This document shows, one piece after another, positions 13,965 to 27,440 of a DNA stretch of 64,000 nucleotides (the stretch's first letter is position 1; each line of letters begins with the position of its first letter). The stretch comes from Lingula anatina (Eukaryota > Animalia > Brachiopoda). Below the pieces are notes generated by a model that saw only the letters and a list, made by a program, of their open reading frames with translations, had not been told where the DNA came from and did no database searches. Made by a program: the position numbers and the translations under genes. The stretch is from NCBI GenBank assembly GCA_051362555.1, contig CM120641.1:4464001-4528000 (forward strand), given 5' to 3'.

Positions 13965-14502
13965 TCCAGTACAAGCCGTTCCAATAGTAACATAAAAGCA
14001 ATTATCACAGCTCTTAATCTAACAGTCATTCAATATTGACAGTCCCTAAGCAAAGAGAAACAAATCTCCCTGCCTGAAACTGGATAAGTCAAAGTCGATG
14101 AACTAACAAAATATATTTGTGTGCATGTTTCTTCAGTTCTATCTCCAAGTATAGCTGTAACTTGACAACTGGTCTGCATGAATTGAGGGTAAATACATTG
14201 CAATCAGGCTCTTCTTAATAAATACACAACAGCATTTGACATATTTAAACAGGCATCAAAGTTGATTCAACAAAAGCAGCTAAATGTAGCTAAAAAAACC
14301 TGAACAAATGACATCACCATACAAAGATCAAGAAATAGTTTCCATTAGCATGTACTCCCTTACCTTTACACGAATAGGTCAACATGCCCTTCCTTCAATC
14401 TCAATAAACAAACAAGTTTTTCAAAATTTGTGAAACAATACAATCTTTTCAATAATATAAATGTACTTTAGAATGACATGTTCACCCTAAAATTTAATTT
14501 TT

Positions 14503-17500
14503 TCACCTGTACGCTGGACCTGGCTGGAAAGATGGGACACCTCCAAACTGAGTTACCACTGGAGGTGGTGGCGCTGGAGCACTGCCAGAGACACTGGCCA
14601 GTCCCTGGTCATTTTGAACAAATCTAGAATCCATCATGGGAACTGAGGTCATGGGAGGCATTTGTGGAGCACTGGATTGAGGTGGCGGGGGCATATATTG
14701 TGGGGGTTGGGGCACAAACTGAGGCAGAGGTCCCACAGGTGGTGGGAAACCAAGCATGGCTCCTTGGGGATCAGTCTGCATGGGATGTGGATTTCTTGTG
14801 TAAACTGGAACTTTTGGAAACCGTTCACCTAAGTTTTGCCCCTGGCCCTGTGAGGGCCATTGCCCATGTAGAGGATATCTTGGTCTTGGCCCCCATGATC
14901 TGGGCCTGGGTGGCATCCCCAGGTGTGGTCCACTAAAACGTGGGTGCATGTGTCGAGGGGGACCCCAGGGACTCCATGCTGGTCCCCTCATTGGTGGACC
15001 CTGATTCCAGGGATTGGGCGGCCATCTTTGTTGTGGTGGTGGTGCAGGTCCCTGTGATGCCCCTGGCTCCCAGTCACCACTGCCTGGACTGAAGTTAGCA
15101 AAGTGAAAATAATGAACCCTAGATCCTTTCTTTTTGTAAAAAAAATTTAAGCTCTGAAATGTTCAGAAAGAATGCCGACTCGGACAGAAAATATCAGAAA
15201 CATAATCCTACAGATCTTGATCACAATTCAAGCATACTGTCAAATATTTTGGTTGAGGATGGTTACAATAATACTCAATACATTTTTTCAAGAATTTGGA
15301 GATAAAAGTAATATTGACAACTCACTGTTTTTTTGTTCTATTTTTCTTGCGTTTGGGTGTATTAGCAGCAGTATCAGAGGCCTCATCTCCTCCCTCGCTA
15401 CCTGGCTCACCACCTCGCCCTCGCATCCTGGTCTTCATACGCTGCTCTTCTTCATCATCAGAGTAATCCAAAAACTGAAAGCCATAGAATTTTACTTCTG
15501 TGAATTATTTCATCTTAGTGCTAAGAAGTTAGCATTGCTTATTAAATAAAGTTAAATGGTTAAATCCTTAAATACAACTGGTGAGTCATATCAAGTAAAC
15601 CATGTCCAAAATATGACTAGAAATTTAAACTGTAGACAGCATACATTTCATCTGCGAGTTGACCAAGATGCACTACTACATGGCTGACAAGCCTATTGGT
15701 CACAGAAAAATAGTCAAACACAGTACACATAATTACATAACTGTTCATTTTGGTATTAAAAAAATTGTCAAACACAAGGGACATATAATTACAAAAATCT
15801 CGATGTTTCTTGACAAATAAATTGTTAAAAATAACACTTACCCTTGGTGGTGGCTCATTGTTATGTTCCCAAGATGCATCTGAGCCTTTCATTCTAAAAT
15901 AAAAATGTGTTACAAAATGACCAGTCCTGACACCCAATATTACACTTATCTATGCTAATGACTGATTTTGTTCTTTACTGTTTAAAAAATGCTGTTAACA
16001 TATTACCAAGGGCATTTTTGATATCATTTTGACTTCATCAGTTTTTAAGGGTAATTTAATATAATGGAAAGGAGAACTGCACTTCACATTTCCCTGGACG
16101 CTAGCCATTTGTCTGTACAGTAGGTAGGATTACACGAGGGCTGCATTTCCTTGGCTGCATGATAGTGGCAAATGATTATGCTACAGTCAAAAATTGTTTT
16201 TCATTTTTTTATTTGGCTATGTAAACCTGAACAAGGCCTTCTAATGGACTAAGTGAAATTGGCAAAAGTTTATTAAAACACCATCCTATAGGGAGTAGTA
16301 GACTAATTAGTCTTTGTATAAGGGAAGCATAATCTTTTTTTTTCCCTTATGCAGAGGATTACACTGTCCTACAAATCATTTTTTTTAATAACAATACCTC
16401 TTAAGCTGCTCCACGAAAACATAATGTGTTAGGTCCTCTACTTCAGGGGCGCAGGTGATCACCTGACCCACGGTGACCCCCTTGGATTCTATGTCTTCTG
16501 CCGAATTGAAGCGCACAGAGTAACAAGGCTGAGGGACTGGGCCAAATACCTCAAATATCTGCAATCATGAAAAAAATTGAAGACTAGACACACAAACTGA
16601 AAAAAGAAAACCGAAAAAAGAAACCTGAGAATATTTTAACAGATATACATAAAAGTATCAAATCGAAAGGGATTGGATAATAAAGCAGATAACAATTGGA
16701 ACATCAAATTTTAAAACAAGCTGAACTGCACAAAACTTAAATGGAATGATGATACCATACATCTGAATATTTTGCAAGCTCTAGTTTTTTTTTTTACTAA
16801 AGAATAAAAAGTTTCTATTTTTGATAAAGGGAATAATCAGTGACTGATTTACTGAAGAATGAGATATTTTTTGTCTCCAGCCCTACCTGTCCTAGTACCA
16901 CTCTTCCCTCCATGAAAAGCACTGTTTCCTCATTTAGAGCTGGAAGGTTTGGGTACTGCTGGATGACAACTAGAAATAGATACAGAATATTTGTTACAAA
17001 ATAAGTCACACATACAAGCTAAATTCTGGGTGTTTTGCTTTTCATCTTTGGTAAATGCTTTTACAGACTCACTGAGAGATAGGACCTATTCCCTTTTAAA
17101 CACTTACATCAATAGATGGGACTTATACTCGAATGCTAGGACAAGTGACTGATGCATGACCCCTGCGGGCCTTGTGTTTAGAGACTAAACTGCAAATTCC
17201 CAGCATGGTAACCTAGAAAGGTTACTCTAGCAGAGGTAAAAAAACATAACATTTCAAACACAATTTTTGAATAATAGTGATAAAAAACATAAACATAATG
17301 TGTGAAAAAAGCATCTGGTGTCTGTAAAATTCTGCCAAGTACCATATCACATGCTAGAACTGACCTGATGATGATGATGATGTTATACTCACCAAGGGTT
17401 CCAAGAATTTGAGACACTTTTCCAATTTCTCTCATGACCACAGTGTCATCCACATCTATCTTCAGTTCTTCAATAGGAGGCAGGTCCTGACAAAGACAAA

Positions 17501-19275
17501 ACAACTTGGCTTAAACACATGAAAACTGAGTTAGATCATAAGAACCAATTCTTATTGATGCCCTTTAATAGGAAAATATACACTTTTACTAATAAGTATG
17601 AACTTAATATAAAAGTGTTATATATGTATCACACATACAGAAAAGCAAAAATTTATAGTGGGTAAAAAATATGATGCACTACTGTCATATTTACCACATA
17701 CCATAGTTGAAATCAATTCCTAATCAAAACATTTATGATATTTTCTTTTTAACGTTTTATAAACTGATAACATAAAACTGCATTCAAACTTAATGTGTGT
17801 CATGATGCCTTGACGTGAACTTTACCTCCAATGTAAATTCTCCCTTAGTTTTGACAGGAATGGGTTTACTGGTGGACGTCTTTTCAGGTATCTCCATGTC
17901 TGAGGTCTCATCATCGCTGAAAAAAATCAAGACAAAATCAAATACACCAAAGTCTGAAGAAAATATTGCCTGGTAAAATCCTGTCAACAAGTATGGTCCT
18001 ATAAAACATCAACAAGTAAGAAGTGAGGATCCTTCTCTTTATTGCTAGTTCACATTTAACTTCAAAATAAGTGTTTGTGTAAGCATGCATATGTGCATGC
18101 ATGAGAGAGACAAGGATGGAGATCGAGAGAAGACATCAAAATCACAATAATTAGGTTGCTTTCATCTAGTTCAGCACACTTTCATTAGTTTACCTGCTGT
18201 CAGTTGAGGAGTCATCAGAGTCAGTACTATCTGAGCTATCACAACTGCTGTCTTCTGTATCTTCTTGTCTGTAAACAGCATTGGCTTTGGAGGGTTCAAC
18301 TTTAAAATGAACAATTTCTTCACCGTCTTCCACCTTGATTTCTGCTTGTGTATTTAGAAAAACATCTGTTCTGTTCTCAGTGCCTACAGTATCAGATATG
18401 TTCCCAGAAATATCCTCTGCTGCAGCACTCTCATTGCTATCAGATGTGAACTTTGTAGAAACCGCATCCCCAGATGTCTGCACCAATCTCTCAAATGTCA
18501 TAGAAGAAATGTGCCCAGATGACTGACTAAATGATTCTTGGTAAGGTTCCAACTTAAAATGAACACTTTCTTCACCATTTTCCTTCTTTATGTCTTCTTG
18601 TGCAATCATAATAACCTTATTACTGTTCTCAGTTCTTTCAGTACCAACTATGTTTCTAGAATTACCTGCAACTGTAACATTGTCGTTACAAGATGCTGAC
18701 ATTGGTTGTGCTGCAACTGTATCCTCAGTCACCTTACCCAAGCCATCCATTGTTACAGAGGAAACGTGGTGAGTTGATGTAGTCACTGCCTCTTGCAATC
18801 CATACCCGTGTCCCTCTGGTTTTGTTATATCATTCTCTTGTTTTATATCAGTCAAAGGCAGTGAACTTAAACAAGAAACATCTGGAAAAGAGTTGGCTCC
18901 TGTTGTTTTTGAGTCAGTGTTTTCTACTGGTTTGTGTTCACCAGTGTTTTCTTCATATCCATCTTCCTTCTCTGTTTTGACTTTTGTTAAGTCAAATCCA
19001 ATGTTTTGATCTTCCTCAATGATATTTTCCTGTTTTATGAGTGCCTGGTTATTATCTTCTTCCATTACAGCATCACTTTCATTTGAAACTATTTTGGTGG
19101 CAACTGCAGGAACTGCATGTGTTGTTTTAACTTCCAAATGTTCTTCAACAATTCTTGTTTCCTGCATTGCACTTATGTGTTTATTGTTCGGCTGTATCAA
19201 ACACTCACCAGCTTTTTCCATAGGACACACATCAACCTTATCAAGAGGCACCGTCAGTGGCGTTTTAAAATCCAT
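14503..19275 (-). CDS. NAF1: H/ACA ribonucleoprotein complex non-core subunit NAF1 (~765 aa, 8 coding exons)
   Basis: Phase-consistent exons 19275-18194, 17916-17826, 17486-17393, 16969-16887, 16558-16398, 15893-15842, 15474-15326, 15088-14503. The Gar1/Naf1 domain reads DLPPIEEL...IGKVSQI...PALNEETVLF...GQIFEVFGPVPQPCYSVRFN, followed by KGSDASWEHNNEPP...DYSDDEEE and a Pro-rich C-terminus. Probable 5'UTR exon ending at 20056 (donor GTGAG), with acceptor at 19346. Confidence 0.95.
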
Positions 19276-19589
19276 GTCCTTGTCTGTTATCTTTCTTTAT
19301 ATTAATATTATAATAGTTCTTAGAAGCTACAGCGTGCATTCATGGTCTGAAAAACATAAATGCATGATAAAACAGTATAATTTAATTTAAATTTTCTTTC
19401 TTAAAAGGTATACAGTATGCGTCTGCAATATTCTATAAAACACCTCATATAAAAGTACTAAGTTGATAGCATTAAATTAGAAATGGGATAAATAATCAAA
19501 TCCAAGTGTAGATTGAGACAGGTTGTTCAACAATTCAAACAAATAGGAGAAAATTGCTTCCTCCCACACCAGACCCCCAGAGGAAATAA

Positions 19590-19591
<2 letters not shown>

Positions 19592-19628
<37 letters not shown>
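19592..19628. repeat. (TG)n microsatellite followed by a poly-G run
   Basis: Direct reading; lies in the first intron of NAF1. Confidence 0.9.
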
Positions 19629-19629
<1 letters not shown>

Positions 19630-20129
19630 GGGGGGGGGGGGTAAATCTGGCATAGTCTACTTCTTACCTAAGGGACACTTTCTTTATTTTAAAATCACAA
19701 TAATGTGCCTTTAGGGATTGACTGACATAAAATGATGATTATTTAATGCTAATATTCATTAATATTAACAGTAACATTTGGAGTTACTATAAGGAGTATC
19801 ATTCATAAAACCTTACACAATGCACGATTGAAACCCATACAAAAAATACATAATCAAAAGAATTAAAAGGCCAGAAGTGTAAGCATCTTGAAGATTAGAG
19901 ATCGACTTAAGAGAAGTATGTTCCATCAACTTCAACATGACAAAACTTATGGCAATTTAAAAACAAATCAGATCCTCAGATACGAAAAAAAAGTTCTCAA
20001 ACAACTTGCATGAAAAGTAAAATAATTATTAGAACGTTAAAACACAATTTCTCACCTTAGTTACTTTAAGCTTTCCGTACCTTTTTTCAGGACTATTAAA
20101 ACACATGGTCCATGCTTGAAAGTCTCGCT

Positions 20130-20459
20130 CTCGAATTAGGTCATTTAAGACAAACCAAAATGCATGCCGAAAACATATTATATAACATTAAGTAATACAA
20201 AATAAGTTGTTTTTGAAAATAAAACTTAATATTCAAAATATTAATTAGAAATTTATGAGTTAGCACTCCTTTCATCGGAAATTTTAAGATAATGCATAAA
20301 TAATATAAAACCGGCAACTTTGGACCATCTTGTCAAGGTCACCAAGAGCGTCCGCGCATGCGTGTAAGGTGCGGTAGTAACCTCGTTGGTACATGCGGTG
20401 ACATCCGACGACAATATTTCCATTTTCTTAAGTGATATTTCTAACACAGAGAGGGAAAA
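20130..20459. promoter_or_regulatory. Bidirectional promoter region NAF1/TIMM23 with an NRF1-like site
   Basis: Divergent first exons <350 bp apart; local CpG enrichment; CGCGCATGCGTG at 20353-20364 matches the NRF1/EWG palindrome GCGCATGCG. Confidence 0.6.
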
Positions 20460-23409
20460 ATGATGACAGATGATCGGAGAGGGGGTCAGTTGTTTGGCGG
20501 AGGTCTTTTCGCGCCAAATGTACCCTCCAGTCCAGGTAAGACACAAGTGAAGTGTATTGCGTAAGTTGTCACGTTTTCCACGACGTTGGCTTTTCCCTGA
20601 CGGTGCACCGATTTGCAGAAATCGCGGTTTCAGTTTCATCATATCTTAACCTACTATAAAAGTAGAGTGTTTGAACATAAACATAAACTTCTTTTTTAGT
20701 TTCAAGAGAATGGTAGTAGTTATAACATTCGGAACTTTGACGGTCTTTTAAAACGTTTTTGCCACAGCACAGATTTGTAGCATGACATTCATCAGGGCGT
20801 TAGCTTCAAAAATAAGCCACAGTCAAGAACATTAAATCTTCATACGGTAGTCACACAAATAGATAAGAACCACAGTTACATAAGTAATTACATAAATATG
20901 TAAGCAAAGGCATGTTAGATTTGATCTACACTCTGCCACTCCTCTCTCTTCTAAAAAGAATAAAGATATAGAGAGGGAATATTGATAAATAAATAAAAAT
21001 TGAGTGTTTCCGGGTTTAGCACAAAACTCGAGGGCTAGCACTACTGATGACAGTTTGATATGTAGTACAGCACATGTCAGTGTATGAAAGTGAAGATTTT
21101 GGTATCTTCACTGTGTGAGAACCATTTAAGCAGCAACATATGTCAAGTTTCACATTACTTGATTTCCTTAATTTATCGTTTCTAACCTTGAATAAATTTC
21201 CTATTTTTTTATGATTATTATTTTATAATTTTCAGTATGAGTATTGAATTGAGTTATTATCGGTATTATCTAGAAACAATCTTTTGCAACTTTTCAATCG
21301 CAAAGTAAACTGAACACATCCAAAGGTCTTCCATATATGAGAAAAATATACTAGAAACTATTGACTTGTCACCAGTGCTACAGGTTTTGAATAGCACATT
21401 CTGTTTTGGGTCAAGTTTTGCAGTGTCCTATCACCAGTAAGAGACAGTCCCATATTATATATGCATCTGACAAATCCAATCTTTCTTTTTCTTTGCTTTT
21501 AGGAGGTCCTAGTTATCCACAGTATTTTAATCTAGATCCTTCATATATGACACCGGTAGGTATTGCATCCTAAAGCTAACACCCCTAATTACTACTCAGT
21601 CTATTTGATGACTCCATGCACTCAGTATTCACTAAACCAAGTGTTAAATAGATGTTCTAACCACTGATACAGATATCATAGCCCTACATTATATTTTAAG
21701 ACTGATGTAGATTCACAGTGTACACATACAAGCACATTTTTCAGTAGCATTGTCATCTTGTTTATTATTTTTTTATTAATAATTTCTTTTACAGGGTAGT
21801 GAATTTATTGTACCAGAAGGAGCACAACAAACTAGAGGTCGCTTTGAACTTGCATTTTTACAAATTGGATCATCTGTTATGGCAGGTAGGCATCCTGTGA
21901 AGTCAAACAGTGTATTAAGAAAGTAATAATATGCTTGATAAAGATTTATCAAGTATTTTGTATATTTTATGCAGGATGTTTTTTATCTCCATTTCCAGCC
22001 AATGCAGATAATGTGAATTTTTTTCTCTCTGGATCAGTTTACTCTGTAGATCTTTTAAATTACAGTCATTTATCAAACTTACTTTCTTCTTATTTTTTCC
22101 AGGTTGTGTACTGGGCAGTATTGGAGGTGTAGTAAGCAATAGAGAAATTTTGAGATCTGGAGAGAAACATTTAAAAACCACGTAAGTAGGCAAGGATTGG
22201 AACATAATTGTACAGAAACACCATTATTGATAGAGCAACTGAGAGTTTGTTTTCATATCTTACAAATTTTCATTGTTATAAAGTTCACTTTTTCATTTTT
22301 GTAAGGATAAACATATAGTCAACTATCCAGTCAACTCAGACATTCCCCTGAAGGCTTGACAGTATTCATATGCATTCAGTACATAGAATATTTGAATTTC
22401 AGGTTTTCAAATATAGTATTTAACAATGGAGGAAAGTGGGGAAAGAAATGTGGTGTTGTAGGTAGGTCCTGTTTTTTTTTTTTTTTTTTTTCAACAGACG
22501 TGTCTGATATAAGAATCAATAAACTGATTAAATACAATCTTAGCTGCACTAGTTTTGTCCACTAGCTTTGTCCAGACATAATTGGATTTATACAACAGTT
22601 GGGTACTTGTCTTCGTATTATATTTATGGATTCCTTAAATAAAACTTAAGATTCATGTAATGAAACATTGAGGGTTAATTTTAAAAGTTGATTTTTTTAC
22701 CTGGGTTTTCCCAAAACTGAGTCTGAAATTGCTGTGCATCACATGTGACATGCTCATTTCAGGTTCAAACCAGACTAAAATTGCAGTTAAAGACAATCTT
22801 AAATGGTCCTTTTTTCTAGAAATGCTTTAGCTTGTGTCATTCTGTATTTCAGCATTTTTATACAGTGGAGTAGGGACTTTATTTGGTCTTGCAAGGCAGC
22901 ATTTGTTGTCTCAGGATGATGATGGAATTAACACAATGACAGCAGCAACCACCACAGGGGTGCTGTATTCATTGCCACGTAAGGACTTTTTTAACCTTCG
23001 TGATAAGAAGTAAAAAAAAACATCAGAAATTGACCATTTCATTTAAGTTATGTATAATTGGAAGTTTTAAAAGCATTTTAGCTGATGAATTCATTACATT
23101 TTGATGTTCAGGATTTGTATTTTTCAGTATGAAGCTTTTGTTTTTTCATGCTGAATGACCAGTTGGTTGTAGCACTTGAAAGTTACTTTAAATTTATTCA
23201 TAAAGCTTTCTGAAACTTGGTAAAAAGATAATATTTTAAAGTATGCATGTTTGAATTTTTCAGAGGCTTTAAAGCACAGTGGTCTCAAACCTGTTGCAAA
23301 ACATTTATGCAGGGGTGGACTTGTAGGGGCTGTTGCTGGTGTCGTCATCTTGGGAAGTGAATATTTTATTGGATTTAATACAAAAGGAAGGAGGGCATGG
23401 TATTATTAA
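20460..23409 (+). CDS. TIMM23: Mitochondrial import inner membrane translocase subunit Tim23-like (209 aa, 7 exons)
   Basis: Exons 20460-20535, 21503-21555, 21795-21885, 22103-22181, 22403-22461, 22853-22978, 23264-23409; all GT-AG and phase-consistent. Contains YFNLDPSYM..EFIVPEGAQQTRGRFELAFLQIG and DDGINTMTAATTTGVLY, matching the Tim23 motifs (YLNVDP..EFILPTGANKTRGRFELAF; DDLNTVAAGTMTGMLY). Confidence 0.9.
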
Positions 23410-24191
23410 GAGAGACCAAGATGATAGACAATATTTTCTGTTGGCTGTTTGAAGGAAAATGGAGAAAAATCTTCACACAGCGACGAAAGCTATGGAAATC
23501 CTGCCAAGTGCTTGTAATTTTCGATTCCTTGTAAAGTAAATAAACCAGAATTTACTTTTTAACAAGGTTGACAAAACTGAACAAATCACCAGAGCAAAGG
23601 ATTCTTTTCCCTGACCAGCTCAGAACATGCAGCAGAAACACGGAGCAGGAGCATTTGTAGGAAAAAATATGCATACGTATACCAGCACACCATGGCACTT
23701 ACTACAATTTTGAAAATAGTAGCAACAGCAGTGATAGTTTCATTTTTGTAACATTTCATGCAAATGCAGTTTTTTACAGGGTGACTTTTTGGATGATAAA
23801 CAGGACTTAATAGATGAGAAGCATTCTGCGCTTTGTGCTGTTTCAGAAAGTGAATATTTATGTTGTTGAGTTTTGGGCACCATTTGTTGATTTGTTCAGT
23901 TTCTTGCCAATGAAGTGTTTTGTAAATAGAATTAAAGATATATACACGTATCTATATATGAAAAACTTTTTTATCGACTTGCTTGTGTTAGTTATGATAT
24001 CTTACATGACTGCCATCTTTATAAACAACCTGATCAACGTCAGATATTACTCTGAGCTACTAACAAATATGCACCTAAAGGTGAAAAATACATCAGTTTT
24101 CCTGTAGGAAAAATTATAACTAACGAAAGACAACATCGACACATTTTTTTACGTTGGCTAAAAAAAATGCAAAGTGAGATGGTACTTCAGG

Positions 24192-24347
24192 CAATTTCAG
24201 CCAGCAATTTCAAAGGGGGGGTTCTTATTTATGAAAAAGTGGACCTTTTACCATGTAATCCCCATGTATCTAGGTCAAATTTTACCCAGAGTGGACCTTT
24301 TTCCAACAAAAAGGGGGGTTCTTTCGAACCCCCTGGCTACGGGCCTG
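24192..24347 (-). mobile_element. Half copy of a non-autonomous DNA transposon (Harbinger/PIF-like terminus)
   Basis: Ends ...GAACCCCCTGGCTACGGGCCTG; inverted homolog of 57035-57199. The family assignment is inferred from the CAGGCCCGTAGCCAGG terminus. Confidence 0.6.
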
Positions 24348-25405
24348 TAACTGTTTGAGCCGTGAACAAATATGAAGGTTTACATTTTGCGGTGGAATAT
24401 TTGACAGGATTGGGAAGAAATGACTGACATAACTAGTAACGAGTCATTGAATTGTGGTTAGTGTAATGATAAATACATGTTACATAGTTCGCCATGAATA
24501 GAGTCCAACACGATGTGAGGTTGTACATAGCGTTATCGATGAGGGGAAAACACAATATGCATTTCCAGTTCGTATGTATAATTATTTACATATGTGCAGA
24601 AGATTACGACAAATACCGGTACAAGTCCACTTCAAAATAGGCCAGTAGTCAAGCGTGTTTGCCCAGTGAGGTTGGAAATTATTGGTGGCAAAGTTTTCTC
24701 AAGTGCCTCCGGAGTAATGTGACGGGGTGTCCCCCGTGAAAGAGAGTCCACTTCCCATTCATTTGTACAAGTAAGCTTCGACCTAGATTTTGACCCACTT
24801 AGGTAAGGCTAACCCTAACTATTATAACTAAAAGGAGGGCGGACTTTTTATTAACCTTAATTGCGTTACTCCGGTCCGTTGAAAGCTCGTTGATAGCCCA
24901 AATAATGTAATCCATAACGAGCAAGCCCATCCAAACTAACACAATCGCTGCTCGCAAAGGCAGATATCGTTGACTGTGGCGGTGATCAAACTAGTAGCAG
25001 TGTGCTTGTACAGGTGTCTGTTTCTCAGAGCTATAGCCATCATTGTGGCGTCTTCGCGAGTATGGGGACTGGACCTGATTGACTTCTGGAATATCAATAA
25101 ATTGATTTAGATTAATTAATTAGAGGATGAGAATCCTTCTGCTAAAAAGGGAGGAAAATCAACTGTAGTATTTAACTGAAAGTTAAAATATCGCATGAAA
25201 TATTATTTCTATTTGTTAGTTTAACAAAGATAACAAACACTCTGAGGCTTCCTTAGTTGACTATCAAATAAACATAAAATTGTGTTCTGATGGATCTCTC
25301 TATTCGACCCAACATATGTTTATAGAAAAATTCTATTAAAAAAAGCAGAACACGTGCACTGCGACTTAAAAAAGGTCGATAAACGCAAACCTTCTTGAAC
25401 AAAAA

Positions 25406-26213
25406 TTACGTCTTTTTGTTTTTGGTCACCTCGCATGACGCTGATGACGGAGTTGTTCTTTTCTTGGATCCGGAGGTTTTAGACATTGTGCCACCTAAGG
25501 GGAATGGTGAAGACGGCCTGGGGATTATTGGCACTTGGGTCATGACCACTGATTCCTCGTCATCTCCATGCAGCCAAGCACCAGTCTGAGAAAGCGTGGG
25601 CCAGGCATTGACAACAGGAGGGGTGGACATCACTGAACGACGCCTGATGTGCACGTCACCCATGAACATAGATGCTGGAAATGTAAAATGTTGCTGCATG
25701 AACCAAAAACGCCACAATACCATGAACAGTATGAGTTCTTTTCACAGTGCCAAGCTTCAAAACAGTCCACGGAACACGTGTTGAACAGTCACGTAACATG
25801 CTTTCCCATTTTATTTTTTTTTCTTATTTTTACTTTTTATTTTTTTATTCCCACCTCAGGGGCGAAATTTATAAAAGAATACATACATAAAATCGCACAC
25901 AAAATATCATGGTAAAATCACACAATAAAATCTTTCTTATATATGTTCACTAGATAAAGCGCTTTTTTTTCACTGGAATTGAATATTCAAACTTAGAAAG
26001 GATGCAGAAGCATATACTAGGATCGAACGTAACATGTTGAGTTGGGTCCCAGGTAAGTAGTATAGGCCTAAAGTAATCGAGGATTACACTTCATGCAGTC
26101 CCCGCATTAGGACTAAAATGTATAAACTTACCGTACAGTTGCGAATTGTCTTGGTCGTCATTGTGCAGTGACAGGTGGATATTTCTGGGAATACTGAAGT
26201 CCAAGTGAGCCAT
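25406..26213 (-). CDS. Putative small orphan protein (~116 aa, at least 2 exons)
   Basis: Exon 26213-26132 (MAHLDFSIPRNIHLSLHNDDQDNSQLY+G, donor GTAAGT, phase 1) joins in frame at acceptor TTTCCAG|25674 into the ORF ending 25406 (ASMFMGDVHIRRRSVMSTPP...TKNKKT*). No family recognised. Confidence 0.35.
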
Positions 26214-27440
26214 CACTGATGTCTGCTGCTGCGATTGAGGTTGAAGATGTTTATTCTTGGAAGATGTAAAGATTTCTGCCCCTCCCAGTTAGAAGCAGAA
26301 TTTTAAACTAGAAAACGTTCCCACGCGACCTTGCCAGCAATCAGCTAATCATATTTCATAAATAGAATGAAATAAATAGAAAATAAATAGAATTAAATAG
26401 ATGAAATGAAATTTTACATCTCCAAGGTTTCTTTATTACCAGCAAACAAATTTTACCATTAAATTATTTAAGGGCTCAACAGTGCGAATTAAAAGATTTG
26501 TTTAGAGAACGCTTAACATATTTCTCTTGCTTGTTAGATCTATAAATCACGATAAAACACACACGATGATATTGTGGAATTGAGCGTGCCACTTACATAT
26601 AGAGTAATTTCATTAACGGTATTATCACCGAAGAATAGGTAGAGGAATTCCTGGCGATTGTTTAAAAGTATGTCACATTCAGTTATGGAAGCGTATACCC
26701 TGTCCAAGTGACCTTGACAGCAAATATCTTATATCTTGTAATGTTTACTGCTACTCGACAGTTATACCTTTTGTTGTTTATGCGAAAAGAATATGATATT
26801 GATGTCTTAAAAGCTTAGGTGAAAAATCACGCAAATGTTTATTTTTTATTTAAAAATAGCACTTGGTTATTTGCACGTGCAGCGAGGCATGCTATGATAC
26901 GTGTAATGTGAATAGAAAAGATATCAATCTTTTTTTTTTCACAAAAATTTGCAATGAAAAGAAGTTTCAATTTTCTCTGGGGGAACCTGGGTATTTTCTT
27001 TATGTTGAATAAAAAAGCAAGCATTTGTCGTAAAGGCACAAATGTATGCATGATCATGTCAGTGCGCATAGATAACAATGAAGAATAAATTCAAAAACAG
27101 AATAAAAAAAAATAAGGTTAAAATAATAAAGTAAATTCTACTGCAGTCAAAGAAATTGCATTAACCATAACGACCTTTGGTACGTTGCCAACTACAAACA
27201 CATAGACAAACGATATGTATATATATATATATATACATATATATTTATTTTATTTTATTTTATTTCATTTTTTCTCTTTTTTTGAAGGCGCCACATCTGG
27301 ATGTCGGCTGCGAGCTTAATGGCTTTTACGCGTGCTTAAATTACACTACAAAAATAAATTACTAGTGATTATTGCAACAGTATAAAGGGAAGATGCTATG
27401 AAATTCTGGAAAACCGGTAGAGGGAACTTGTATACTGTCA

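Noticed and set aside
19320-20106. Possible spliced uORF in the NAF1 leader (MCFNSPEKRYGKLKVTK|TMNARCSF*)
   Set aside because: Depends on an unknown TSS and on donor choice; short uORFs are expected by chance.
20253-20642. 129-aa minus-strand ORF
   Set aside because: Antisense to TIMM23 exon 1 and the GC-richer promoter; no recognisable protein features.
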